Below are positions 39,202-50,945 of a stretch of 64,000 nt of DNA, piece by piece. This stretch comes from Epiperipatus broadwayi (taxonomy: Eukaryota; Animalia; Onychophora): positions 2,232,001 through 2,296,000 of the forward strand of contig JAQFVV010000006.1 in NCBI GenBank assembly GCA_028023455.1, written 5' to 3'. The position numbers and the translations under genes are program-made. The notes under the pieces are model-generated. The model saw only the letters and a list, made by a program, of their open reading frames with translations. It ran no database searches and had not been told where the DNA came from. How positions within the stretch are numbered: position 1 is the first letter of the stretch; every line of letters begins with the position of its first letter.

Positions 39202-39879
39202 ATTTAGAGTGGGGAATGTAAGATAAAGTGGCTAAGAGGTTTATCTGGGCATAATTGTTGAGATATTCTTGACTTTGTTTAAGGAGAAGCCATAATACAT
39301 CACATCACATCACATCATTACTCTTATTATCTTTAATAAACTAGTTTACCTGATTAAGATCAACTTCTATGATGTACAAAAAATGAAACAAGCATTTATG
39401 CTGACTTATAATAGACTGAATTAGTAATTAGATTTTTATTTATTTAGAGAATTACATATTTGTTAAAGGGCTACATGGTTATTAAACCACACCATGAAAT
39501 GATTTCCTCTGATATTATATTCCTGGCTTTCATGATAGGTGTTACTAGGATATAAATATGATGTAATTGTTTTCTAGCACTATAAATATTAAAAAAAGAT
39601 TTACACCCTTACTCTACATTGAACATGGCAAAGAAGAATGGCCATCCATATTATTTAAAGTACAAACCCTTCAAATAAATATTACTGACTGTGATCTATT
39701 GAATAACCATCTCTTTTATCGCACCTTTATACCATAATAAAAGATAGTTGAAGTGAACTCATTCACTTTTTTATTGTACAATATATAAGAATTTATATTT
39801 CCTTTTCTTTTACTAGTACATGATTATCTCAAATAAACAATATTTGCCTGAGGTTTTGGTGGTAGTTTGTTACCTATCT

Positions 39880-41480
39880 GTAGTAGTTTGTTACCTATCT
39901 ACATGGATTTATTTATTTGTCACTGATATCTGTCATACTTCTCCTAAATAAGAAAATATCTGTCATGCAACCTTGAGTTCATTTTTATCCTAGACATCTC
40001 TATACAGTTTCAGTCTTTGCCAGGTATCCCATAATCTCTGCAATTTTACTTTGTTAGTATAGATAGCATTAATAAGTGTATATGATTGAATAATGAAGTT
40101 AGATTTTAAAGATCCCGTTTTCATTAACTTTTAAAATGAATGAAAATGAATACATCCTGTAGCTTGGCAAGTTTCCTAATATTTCTTCTGTTCATCCTTT
40201 AGTTTAAATTCTACGTTCAATAATTTATGATATCAAAGTTTAATTTATCACCATTGACATAATATGGTTTCGGATTTCTTTTAATATTTAATCCATTTAT
40301 TTTTAATTGTATTGCCCTTTTTAAAACTTTTAAATAAACTTTACATTTTATTTTTAATCTGTTCTTCTTTAGAACTAATGGCTTAATTACTTGATAGGTT
40401 TTCCTGAGAAAGTTAGGTGAAAGTTTCTAATGCTGCATTTTTTTTTTCAAATCTTTTTCATTATTTATGGAGTACCAAAACTAAAACAATACATGTATAC
40501 CATATACTTTTAGGAGTACAAAAATGTAGAAGCCTGTCTCTATTTTTTTTTAATACAACCTTCATGAGAACAAAAAAAAAATAGAACTATATTTTCCCTC
40601 TTCTACTAACAATTTTTTAATACTTCATTATCTAACATTTTTTTTTATACTTTTCTCATTTGTATTTTCTATTAATTGTCACATCAATTCTACAGTAGTT
40701 GTTTGTTGTTCATTTTCTAATAATATTCCATTTACTATTAAAACTCATCTTTAAGCCTGACAACATTATTATACTTGCAATCTTTAGGTTATTATTCTTA
40801 TCCTATTTGTTATTAGTTTGCCTTTAAATGTTTTGAATGTTATCTAAGTAAAGCTTTATTTCATATGCTAATTTTGTTAACTGTTGCTGAGCGCTCTTTC
40901 GCCTGATGAGTGCTATAAATCTGGCTTCATTTACTGAAACCACCCCCAGCTACAGTTAGCAAAATTAACATATAGACTTATCCTTTATTTAGCTAACATT
41001 TGAAATGTTTAAGCAAACTAATTATACTTGCAATCATCATTTATAACTTTATTAGTTTTAGAAGTAATATCCTGAGTTTTATCTTTACCTTTCATTCTCT
41101 TGTTTTCTATTACACTATCTAAGATCATTTTGTAGTTTTTCTGCTCTTTGTTTTGTTTTTGTTTGGAATCCCTTCTTATAAGTACTTACTTTATTATAAT
41201 TTTGTCCATTCTTTTCTGTATATTTGACATCATATTTCAAATTATTTTGCTTTTCCCCTACTATTGCCCATTTTAATTACCTTTCACTTATTTCATTTTT
41301 TAGATCTTTAATTTTGGTCATTTCTTCTCTCCAATCATTTTTTTTCGGTATATTTTAAAGTTGTTGTTTTTTTTCAATAGATCTTTAATTTTGGTCATTT
41401 CTTTTCTTCAATCATTTCTGGTCTTGTTAAGAGTGAGTCCTGGTATATTTTAAAGTTGTTCTTTTTTTTTTTTAATTTTT
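39880..41480 (-). mobile_element. Heavily decayed LINE RT and 3' fragments
   Basis: The minus strand reads LAISSKEEQI..LKINGLNIKRNPKPYYVNGDKL.. and ..KIKDLKNEISER*LKWA.., resembling RT domains 5-7 and the thumb of RTE/CR1-like LINEs. Confidence 0.45.
40863..40973. repeat. Short inverted repeat (~27-bp arms) enclosing a GC-richer structured core
   Basis: atatgctaattttgttaactgttgctg / cagctacagttagcaaaattaacatat; the core contains CTGATGAG..GAAAC. Confidence 0.6.
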
Positions 41481-42016
41481 CTAATTTCATCTTTTACAAT
41501 GTCTAAAAATAAGCATTCAAAATGTAAATCATATTATAAAATATTTTATATTCAATATTTTTTATGTATGAAAAATAATCAAGTAATTTATTACTTTGGA
41601 ATTCATTAGAAGATTGAAAATGATGAGCTGAGTATATCTGAAAGGCAGAATCCACGTGCTCCAGAGAGCTGAAAAACAGAATGTACATTCTCTGGACAAT
41701 ACTTATTAAGCTAAATGGTTGACACAGCAACACAAGTCTCCATTGGAAGCTGCTAGGACCAAACACCAACATGAAGAAAGTTGTCAATCAAGTACAGTCA
41801 GAATTATCACTAGGTCTACTCACCAGGCAAGCAGAACAGCTGGAAATGGTAGGGAAACCTATAAGGGCAAGTGCAGTCCCTTCCTCCCTAGTTCACCCTA
41901 GAACTGGGAACTATACCTCCACAATGGTAGCAGTCAAAGTATATACATTGTGAATATAGTATAAATATGCAAATTGTATTTGTTTTCATGTATCATTAAT
42001 AAATTTAGTGAAAAAC

Positions 42017-42890
42017 GTATTTACAAGCATTTATGTTTATATATATATATAATATAGGGCCATAGCTCAAACAAGATCTTAATTGATAAGTGCGGTAAGA
42101 GAAAATATTTAAAATCTCTATCTGGAACATTCCCAGACCAATTTGTTTTGAGTTTTTGGCTCACTTCAGTGAGGAGCTACAATATTCAGACCCTAGATCT
42201 AAAATATCAACTCAAAGCTCAGAACTTATTTAATACCTAACATTTAAGTAGAAACTCTGAAATTTTCAGACATGAAAATGTCTTTAAATCCACCTATCTA
42301 ACTTAAATAGCTATTTGAGACTGAACCAAATTCAGATCTACAATATATTAATAGCCTTAGCATTGTCAAGGCTTTAACAGTAAAATTATAATAATCAATA
42401 AAGCAAGTCATACATAGTCCCAAAAGCAATGTCATTCTATATATGACTTGCTTTATTGAGTATTATAATTTTATCTTTAAAGCCTTGGCAATGCTATGGC
42501 TATTAATATATAGTATAACTGAATTTGGTTCATTTCAATATAGCAATTTAAGTTAGATAGCTGGAGCTAAAGACATTTTCATGTTCGAAAATGTCAGAGT
42601 TTCTACTTAAATGTTACGTATTAAATAAGTGCTGGGCTTTGAGTTATTTTAGATCTAGTGTCTGAATATTCTAGCTCCTCACTGATGTGAGCTGAAAGCT
42701 TAAGACCAATTGTTCTGGGGATAGTAATGTTCCAGATAGAGATTTTAAATATTTTCTCTTACCACACATATCAATTAAGAGTTGTTTGAGCTATTGGTAC
42801 GCTCCCAATATTACATATTTGTAAATACAAGCTCATAAAAGCAATGTCATGCTATATATGACTTGCTTTATTGATTATATATATTGTAAC
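42017..42890. mobile_element. ~815-bp fold-back with a decayed HHR in each arm and a tail that repeats the centre
   Basis: 42017-42415 is the reverse complement of ~42440-42831. The arms read CTCCTCA-CTGA(A/T)GT-GAGC-n5-(A/G)CT(C/T)-AA(A/G)AC-(A/C)AATT-G(G/T)TC-TGGG(A/G)A. aaaagcaatgtcat.ctatatatgacttgctttattga occurs at 42422 and again at 42837. Confidence 0.8.
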
Positions 42891-44774
42891 AAAACATTTT
42901 GTTACGCTCTTAAATTTCAAGAGATTGCAACATACGGTGGCCTTTCGAGGGTGCCACCAAGCATTTCTGCCTAGACCGTATTATAAAATTTCTATAATAA
43001 CGGTTAATTTATTTACGAACAGCAATCACCAAATGCAAACCTTAAAATAATTTCCTTTTAATGAACCAAAAGATTACAAAATGAAATAGAAGAATTAATT
43101 ATAATAAATAAAAAGAAAGGGATCGACACTTCACTGTTGTTGAAATATTTATTATACCTTTATTCTATTTGTTATTTATTCCCTTCCCTCGCACTTGTCG
43201 AATCAATCCCTCCCGATCCTTTTTCTTTCTAATCAAGAATTAACATGTATCATTCTCGAAGGACCATGCGCCATCACTCTACCAATATTTTCATCAAAAA
43301 AAACATGGTATATAACTATGAGTGAACTCAAGGGCGACTTACTATAAGAGTGTGTTTGTTAAAAACAAAATCCACTCAAACCTCCTCTTTCTAATGTTAA
43401 ATCTTATCCTCTTAAATTTTACTTGCCCTTAGATCGAGTATACAATTTTCTTATTCATATCTATACATTATCAGAACAACAATCACAGAAACCAAAGGTA
43501 AGTTTACTTAATAAAACGTAACACAAAAATATAATGTGGATTAATTTGGATTAGTAAATACATATACTTAAAGACTACATATCCCCACTTTCTATTGCTG
43601 AAACTTTGGGATATTTGAAGTGAAGGCTTTTTTCTTCTTTTTTTTTTTAAATTCTATTACGCAAATGTCTCTTGAAATTATAATAAAAAAATCTATTTAC
43701 CCTGATTGATCAGGGTAGATCCTGTGTGGGTGGAATATTTCACTTTATATTTGTCGTGGTTTGTCCGTGATCTTCCAGTCTGTTCTTCTTGGCTAGCTCT
43801 CTATGTCCGGCATGTACAAGGCAGTTCCAGGTGGTAATAGGAAGAGGTTCCCAAAAGGGAAAGTTCTGTTAGATCTAGCTGCTCAACATTTTCTCCTTGC
43901 GCTTTCTTCTTATTTTTTTAATGTAATTTTACGATTTTTTTTTTTTGGAGAGTCCGAGCCGAATTGGCTTATAGCCCTTTCAGCTTTTTGAGTGCTGCGA
44001 GTGCGCATCCGGCAGTGTTCAGATGATGTTTTGTTTTCTTTCTTTACTGACATAAAAGGTATGTGTGACGTAGATGAAAATACTATCATTCGAAAGGTTG
44101 GTGATGTAGCTTTCAGAAAATGTTTATTTCAAAAAAATCGGTTAAAATTTAAATTTTTGGCAGGAGTTTTAATCAACCACAGTATTTAATTTTTTTTGTC
44201 TTTTTTAATAATTTTGTACTTATCATGAAGCGATAAAAGACAAAAATAATTTACGGGGCTGCAGATGACCTTTCTCTGGTACTATTACAAAGATGGCTGA
44301 CAAGCTGTTCGACACGTAATTTTGTAAGTAACATTTAAAAATTATTTAATTTTTTTAATAAAACTATAATATATTTTTATTTAAATTATCATTTTTATTA
44401 ATTATTTTTAGTTTGTAATTTGTGTGTGTTAGTTATTTACGTTCGTATACAATTAATATCTAATGTAACTTTTAATGTTCTACACTTATAAAAACAATGT
44501 TTTTCAAAAAGTATAATTTATTACTAAAATCATTAATTATGTTTATATATATATATAATATGGTTTATAAGTAATTTGTTATAATTCTGATTCTTGTTTA
44601 CGTTTTTCAAGTCTATAGCTAACAAATGATCTGTATGCAAATAAATTATATATATATGATTCATGCTTTGGTTTTGCTATTATGTTTCATAACATTTTCA
44701 AGTCAATAGCTAACAAATACACTATATGCAAATAAATTATATCTATGTAGTACAATAAATATAATAAGATAGCA

Positions 44775-44880
44775 TCACTTCTGTGCATAAAGAATATAAA
44801 CATCATTTCTGTGCATAAAGAATATAAACATCACTGGTGTCCATAAAGAATATTAACATCACTGATGTACACAAAAAATA
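44775..44880. repeat. ~29-bp minisatellite, ~4 units
   Basis: catcacttctgtgcataaagaatataaa-like units. Confidence 0.7.
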
Positions 44881-47240
44881 TAAAATGAAGAGATGAAACT
44901 CATTTTATCATAGTGATATAGACAGTAGCCTACAATTTCTAGTTTTAGATAGACAAGAAGCCAATTGCTATGATGATTTCTTTTGTATCTTTTATTAGGA
45001 TGAATCTTTTTCTTTATAGACGCCTTTGACATTTAGAACATTTGGGGTACAAGATAAAAATGAAGTCATATCCGACTTCTTTTGGAGATTGTGAAGCTGT
45101 GGATTATCTCAAGTAAGACATGTTATACATGTTTAGAAAGATAATTTTGTGAGGAATGCAAAGAAATTATCACTGAAGATGTATTTTCAATTTTAGTTAA
45201 TGTTACTTATCAAATTATGAACAAACAATAAAATAATAAGTATTTCGGATGTGAAAATTTCTTTTTTGCCTTATTTTTTATATAGTTATCACTATTTATT
45301 TTATGTTTATTATTTTCCTAATGTTTCTAGTTTCTAGCAATGTAATTGTTTTTGCTCTAACATAATTAAAACTGAAGTTATTGTGAAAATTGTGTGTCAG
45401 GCCAGTATTTTAAAAAATTCAATATGGCGGCGTGAAGCGGAAAGGGATAGATTAGGTATTCTTTGGCAGAAAAATCCAATTAATTTTAAACAAAAGGAAA
45501 GTCCGTAATTTATAGTTTTTTTCAAAGTCTCAGTTCACACCTTTAAGATTCTCTTCTTTTATTTCATATTTTATTTTAAAATCCCAAAGAAATATTCCAG
45601 TTGATCAGCGTAATAGATAGCATAAAAATACCTTCACTGTCAAAGCCCCAACAATAGAATTAATTGTTTTCTTTTCCCTTCTATCTTTTAAGAATTTTTT
45701 TAGACTAAACAAAAGATAAACTTTTATCAAAAAATGCAAGATTTTGATCTAATTTATTCCAACTTCTTAAAACTCCATTTTAAAATTAAGTGTTAATTTA
45801 TATATATATATTTTTAAAAATTATGTATTATAAAACGATATTTATATTTTAACAAAGTATATATGTGTGTATATATATGAGCTGATAGAAAAGTACGTGT
45901 TTATTTATTTCTAATAAAACAAGTTTTATTACAATGCATATATTTTATTTTTACAAAATATGTGTATGAGTATGAGCTGGCAAAAAATACCAGCTCAATA
46001 TACTATCACATATAAACATAACAGTTTGGAATGATCACCCGATTTTGCACTTTGATGCTTGCCATTTTAACACTGCACTGAAGAATGCAAGGTTATTACT
46101 AATTATGATATCTTAAAAGATGATAAATTTTAATTTTACAGTACGTACATTTATAGTGTTTGTTTGATGCTTAAAATAACTAAAAGTTATTTTAAGATAT
46201 TGATTAAGAATGAAAAACGTTACAAACTATTGAAGTGTTTCCATCTTTGATCTCTAGTGTCATGCCTAAGTTTTGGCCATTACTTAAAAACATTTTCTAA
46301 CGATTTATTGATCTTCAGTAAAAATCACTATGTATGTGTCAAATCATTATCTAGAAATGGTGAAAGTCACTTAAAAACGTTCGGTGACAGGTGTTTAGTT
46401 CAGGTATATAAAATATTTTGGCTGTATTTACATTGTAAGAGAAAGAATTATTTGTACGATTCAACTATCAATGGGAGAATCTAGCACTCAACATTACTTT
46501 AAAATATTTCATGGGTCTAGATCAAGACTGGTGGTGCAGAGATAGATCATTTACCTATCATACCAATAATCCAGGATTCAAATCTGGTTCTAGTGAAATT
46601 TTTTTCGACATGTTTAGGATTTTTCTCTTAGGTAGCTGACCCATAGACAATCCAACTATTCAATATTGGTTGGTAAATGTGTAACTGGTTACTTTTAGCT
46701 TGAGAGTAAAATGATGATGAAAAATTACTGTCACCTTCTGGGATTGAGAAAACTTTATGAATACTGCCATTTTCATTGTTTCTCTGTAAGGGGCTGTTGA
46801 GCAGTCCTTTTTCCTGTACTGTTAAGTTATGAGTTGAAAAAGTTTATTTAGATTGTTAGATTGGAAGTGAACTTTTTTACACTTATCCAAAAAAATTATT
46901 AATGAATATTAATAAGTAACATTCTTTTTAATAATATTAATATTAGAGGGCAAAAATATAACACAAAATAGTCTTTAGCAATTGGTCCAATTGTAATCAT
47001 ATTTCTTACCAAAGTCCTAGCGAAGTGGCTAACATTAACAAAATATTATGACTTTTTTAGCTTACCTTTATTTAACCTAATGTTTAATAAAGTTACCGTA
47101 TTTTAGAACTATCTGTTATAAGATTGAATTCCAATAAATCTAAAATTTCACTGCCATATTCCCTGTCCAATGTCTGACCATTGATCCTTTTCAATCAAAA
47201 AGTCCATTGATATCTAGGTATGAAACCGTAGACTTCTTTT

Positions 47241-47779
47241 CATACAGTAGTGCCACCCTGTGGAACCCTAAGTAACCAATGGATGCTAGAAGTTTATCCA
47301 TCAAAACCCGTATCTAGCACATACTCCTACATTATCCCCAGAATAGTTTCTAGCATGTGACATCCTTCATCAATGAGGAGGTTTGCATTTGAGAGAACTG
47401 CACCTATATCTTAGTATCTAATCCAACCCTCCAGCAGAGACTTTTATCTTTTTAGTTAACTATAAAGCTGTTGAGCCCAGAATGAAAACATAATTACCTC
47501 TTCACTCAAAAGTAATTCACTTATATACTCATATAGATTGGAACCCAGTTGAGAATGTATACATCTGTTAAAAGATAAAAGGTGTCTGATGGAGGGCTTA
47601 CATTAGATTCAATGATCTAGATGTGGTGCTCTTAGATTCAAGACTTCTCATTGATGAAAGCTGCAAACTAGAAGCGAGTTTGAGAATATTGGATGAGTCA
47701 ACACTAGATAGGGATTTTATGCACAAACCTTTGAGCATCCATTGATTACAATGGCTTGCATTGGTGGCACTTCTGTATG
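47241..47779. mobile_element. HHR repeat family 1: longest (~540 bp), more diverged fold-back
   Basis: catacagtagtgccacc.. / ..ggtggcacttctgtatg. Decayed HHRs in both arms (TTGATGAAGG..GCTAGAAACTATTC; TTGATGAAAGC..AGAAGCGAGT). The inner arms are also palindromic. Confidence 0.8.
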
Positions 47780-48799
47780 GACAGAGTTGCTACCTTTTAA
47801 CACATTGTGTAAGTGTAATGTTTTTGTGGTGTACATATGTTAATATAGCTTACAGGGGTTCACTATTTCCTAAAACTTAGACCAGATGGCTATGGAATAA
47901 ATAAAATGAATTACTACTATTGGAGGTTCGTTGATTACTCAAGCTTGTAATGGGTATCTGTAGATTAAATAGAACGAATTAGCAATATCTGAAAAGTATT
48001 GTTTACTTTAGTTATAAATAGAATGAATTATTTCTGTGAAAACTTGTAATACATGGATGCAGAATAAATTATTGCTATCCGGAGTTCTTTGATTATTTTA
48101 ATTTACAGTTGATGCCTGTAAAATAAATGGAATGAAATTACTACTGCCTGTGGTTCATTGTTTACTCAATCTAACACTAGATGTCTCTGAATAAATAGTT
48201 GAACTAATGTATCATTCAGAAGTTCATATGAAGTTTAAGCACTCAAATTGACAAAGCTTAGGCTTATCCATGGTTCTTCAGTTTTGTAATTCACCCCACA
48301 CTACCATTGCACTAAAACACATGGTGCAATAAAATGAATACTGTTATCATAATTTGACTGTATTTCCAATTACAAAAGCAAAGCTATATGTGTCCACACA
48401 AAATCTTAATGTGTGAAAATTTCATATTACTATTTATTGGTTTTCATCTCTCATCAACCCCACACCAGTCCAACAAAGTTTTCCTTCTACCCATGACACA
48501 TGTGGTTACTTTTTAGATCTTTTTCAATTTCCTGCAATCATAGTTAGCAATGTTATCCTTCTACGGTTGTCCATTCAATCTCTAGTTATTTGTTTTAATT
48601 CTGGAAATGTCCATAATATCTTTTTTTTTGTCATATATTTATGACCTGCCATTGTTGATTATCAGGAAAATTTAAAGTTTCAGTAGTTTGATTAAGACCT
48701 AGTTTGGGGCTATTCAATGTACGTTATGCAGGACTATAATTATCAATTGACTATTTATATGTTACACCTTTTCAAGTTTTTAAAGAAATAATTGCTTGC

Positions 48800-49160
48800 T
48801 TCTCAGGTCATGTGACTTTCAACACACTTGACATGATTGGTTGAACTTCAATCCAGGAATTTTTAACTCCCAAGTCTGTTAATCTATTTGCTAAACCATA
48901 AGCTGCATGGAAATTATATGGCTGATTGCTCAGATGGGCAAGTGATATTCATATACCTGTTGTAGGTTGAATGTAATATTTTGAACTGATTGAAATGCAA
49001 GTTTTTATTTAGATTATTCATCAGGGAATTGGTTCATGAAACCCTTATTTTTGAATCCATTACTTTACCACTACACTAAGCTGCACAAGATATAATAATG
49101 AACTTGCTAATTGCTTAAGGGGTCATGTGATATTTAACTAACAGAAATAACTCAGATTGG
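48800..49160 (-). mobile_element. Two old tRNA-like SINE heads in tandem
   Basis: Minus strand: GCAGCTTAGTGTAGTGGTAAAG..GGTTTCATGAACC and GCAGCTTATGGTTTAGC..GGATTGAAGTTCAACC. The flanking ggtcatgtga motif is shared with 52640-52830. Confidence 0.35.
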
Positions 49161-50304
49161 AAATGAATTGATGACAAGTTCACTTTGGATGTTGATGTCT
49201 TTACATCAAAACCAGACTTTATGAACTCCTAATTAAAGATTGCAAATTATGAATATATACAATGAAATAATTTGGTGATATTACAGTGGATTTTTGCACT
49301 AGGATTACAAAAGCAATGATCCTAAATTCTTGAAATGAATGACTATTTTATTGACAACAATGGAACACTTCAAGTGCCATATGTATTTTCTGCAGAGTTA
49401 TCTTCTCTTTACCTAGGAAACAAAGGTATTTCAAATTAACATAGAAAGTATATTGAAATATAAAATGAATATCCTTTGCAAATTATCCCCACCCTGTTGA
49501 TGTAATTTTACTCCAAGGGATTCATTCCACTGATAGTGCATATGTTTGGTAATTGTTGGATTGACATTGATTATTGATAGACTACATTCTAAACTTAGTA
49601 GAACTACTTCTGTAGTTCAAATAATATTGCACTATTCAGATAGATAATTTGTATTTTTGCAATATTTATAAACGTCCTAGTACAAGTTAACTCTTTCCTT
49701 TTGTTACAGATCATTCTTTATCTACTGTGATTATGTGCGATATCAATTCTCATAATATTCTTTGTGGATATGTAAATGGGATCAAGAAGGTTATCTACTT
49801 TTAGAATAAATGATTCGAACAATATGCATTTACTTTACAATGCTAAGTAAGGAGGAACCTTCCATTCAGTTAGGTTTTCCCTATTGCCCACATAAACCAA
49901 GTCTAATCATTCTTACAATTCACATTCCTATAGCTGAAAGTTATCCTGTTCTGAGATGGAATTTAAGTAAAGCCAACTGGAATTGGATATTCTCTGTATT
50001 TTGAACATAATATGAACAGAATTTCTTTCAGTTTTTCTTCTTATGATAGGTTTAGCAATCGTCCAGAAAATCTGTACTTTGTTAATATTATCCCAGGGTG
50101 CAACAAAATTAACAGTGCACTTTATTGTCAATTTTGGTTTATCAGATTTTCAGAAATTTCTGGAAAACTTGTAACCTTATTAATTGAAGCCAAATAAGAA
50201 AAGTGGAGGATGGCTATGGGGACATAAAACTACAAAAAATATGTTTACTAAAATATTTCTGAAAGGATGACTGTTATAACATCTAATATGCATATTGAAT
50301 GACT

Positions 50305-50535
50305 TTAGAAAAAGTTAACTTTATTTAAATATTCCAAATACATTCAACTGTTAGTAATAACATATTAAATAGGTTAGTATATGCACAATGTTTTGAGAGG
50401 TATTATTCTCACCTTTTCCTCAGGTGTTGTTGGCCTGGCCAGTGACAGTACTAGCATGGGATTCAAACATGGATCCTTTAGATTTTTGATTAATGAATTT
50501 TAATGTAAATGCACTAACCAACTAAGCCAGCCTGT
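50305..50535 (-). mobile_element. tRNA-head/HHR SINE family 2
   Basis: Minus strand: A box TGGCTTAGTGG, B box GTTTGAATCCC, then CTGAGGA-A-AAGGTG-agaataata-..CTC-AAAAC-ATTGT-GCA and the shared 3' body ttattactaacagttg..tgtatttgga. Confidence 0.65.
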
Positions 50536-50734
50536 TAACAATCTGATGTATTATATTTCTAAATCCCATGTTGATAGAATGAGAAAAGGTGTTATTATAT
50601 TAAGCAGCCTTATTTTCACAATCAGATAAAACCTGTAGATATTGGTGGACATATACTTGCCCTTGATTGGCTTAAATTAGGATAGTCCGAATAGCAAAAA
50701 ATATTTTAGTATTAAAACATTTAGGATATAATCT

Positions 50735-50945
50735 TTTCAAATACAAACAACTGTTATTAATAACACCAAATACACAACACAGGTTGGTAGATTACATAAT
50801 GTTTTGAGTAGTATTATTCTCTGCTCTTCTTCAGATGTTACTGGTCTGACCAATGACAATATTAACATAAGAGTTGAACTTACCTTTAGATTTTTGAATA
50901 TCGAATTTTAAGGCAATATTTTAACTAATTGAGCTATTTTAGGTT
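50735..50945 (-). mobile_element. tRNA-head/HHR SINE family 2
   Basis: Minus strand: TAGCTCAATTAG..AAGTTCAACTC, then CTGAAGA-A-GAGCAG-agaataata-CTACTC-AAAAC-ATTAT-GTA-ATCT (50788-50838). Confidence 0.7.

Larger units (their letters stand above)
34427..39318 (+). mobile_element. Near-full-length non-LTR retrotransposon (LINE), probably RTEX- or CR1/L2-related
   Basis: Two-ORF layout, purine-rich coding strand, 3' (ACATC)n tail at 39297-39318. The 5' boundary is uncertain and no TSD was found. Confidence 0.92.

Noticed and set aside
43720-44060. Minus-strand transposase-like peptide (FWEPLPITTWNC..KNRLEDH)
   Set aside because: The resemblance to MULE motifs is weak, needs frameshifts and cannot be verified without a search.
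44293-45112. Two-exon gene start (ATG 44293, exon 45020-45112)
   Set aside because: Both donor choices lead to immediate in-frame stops.
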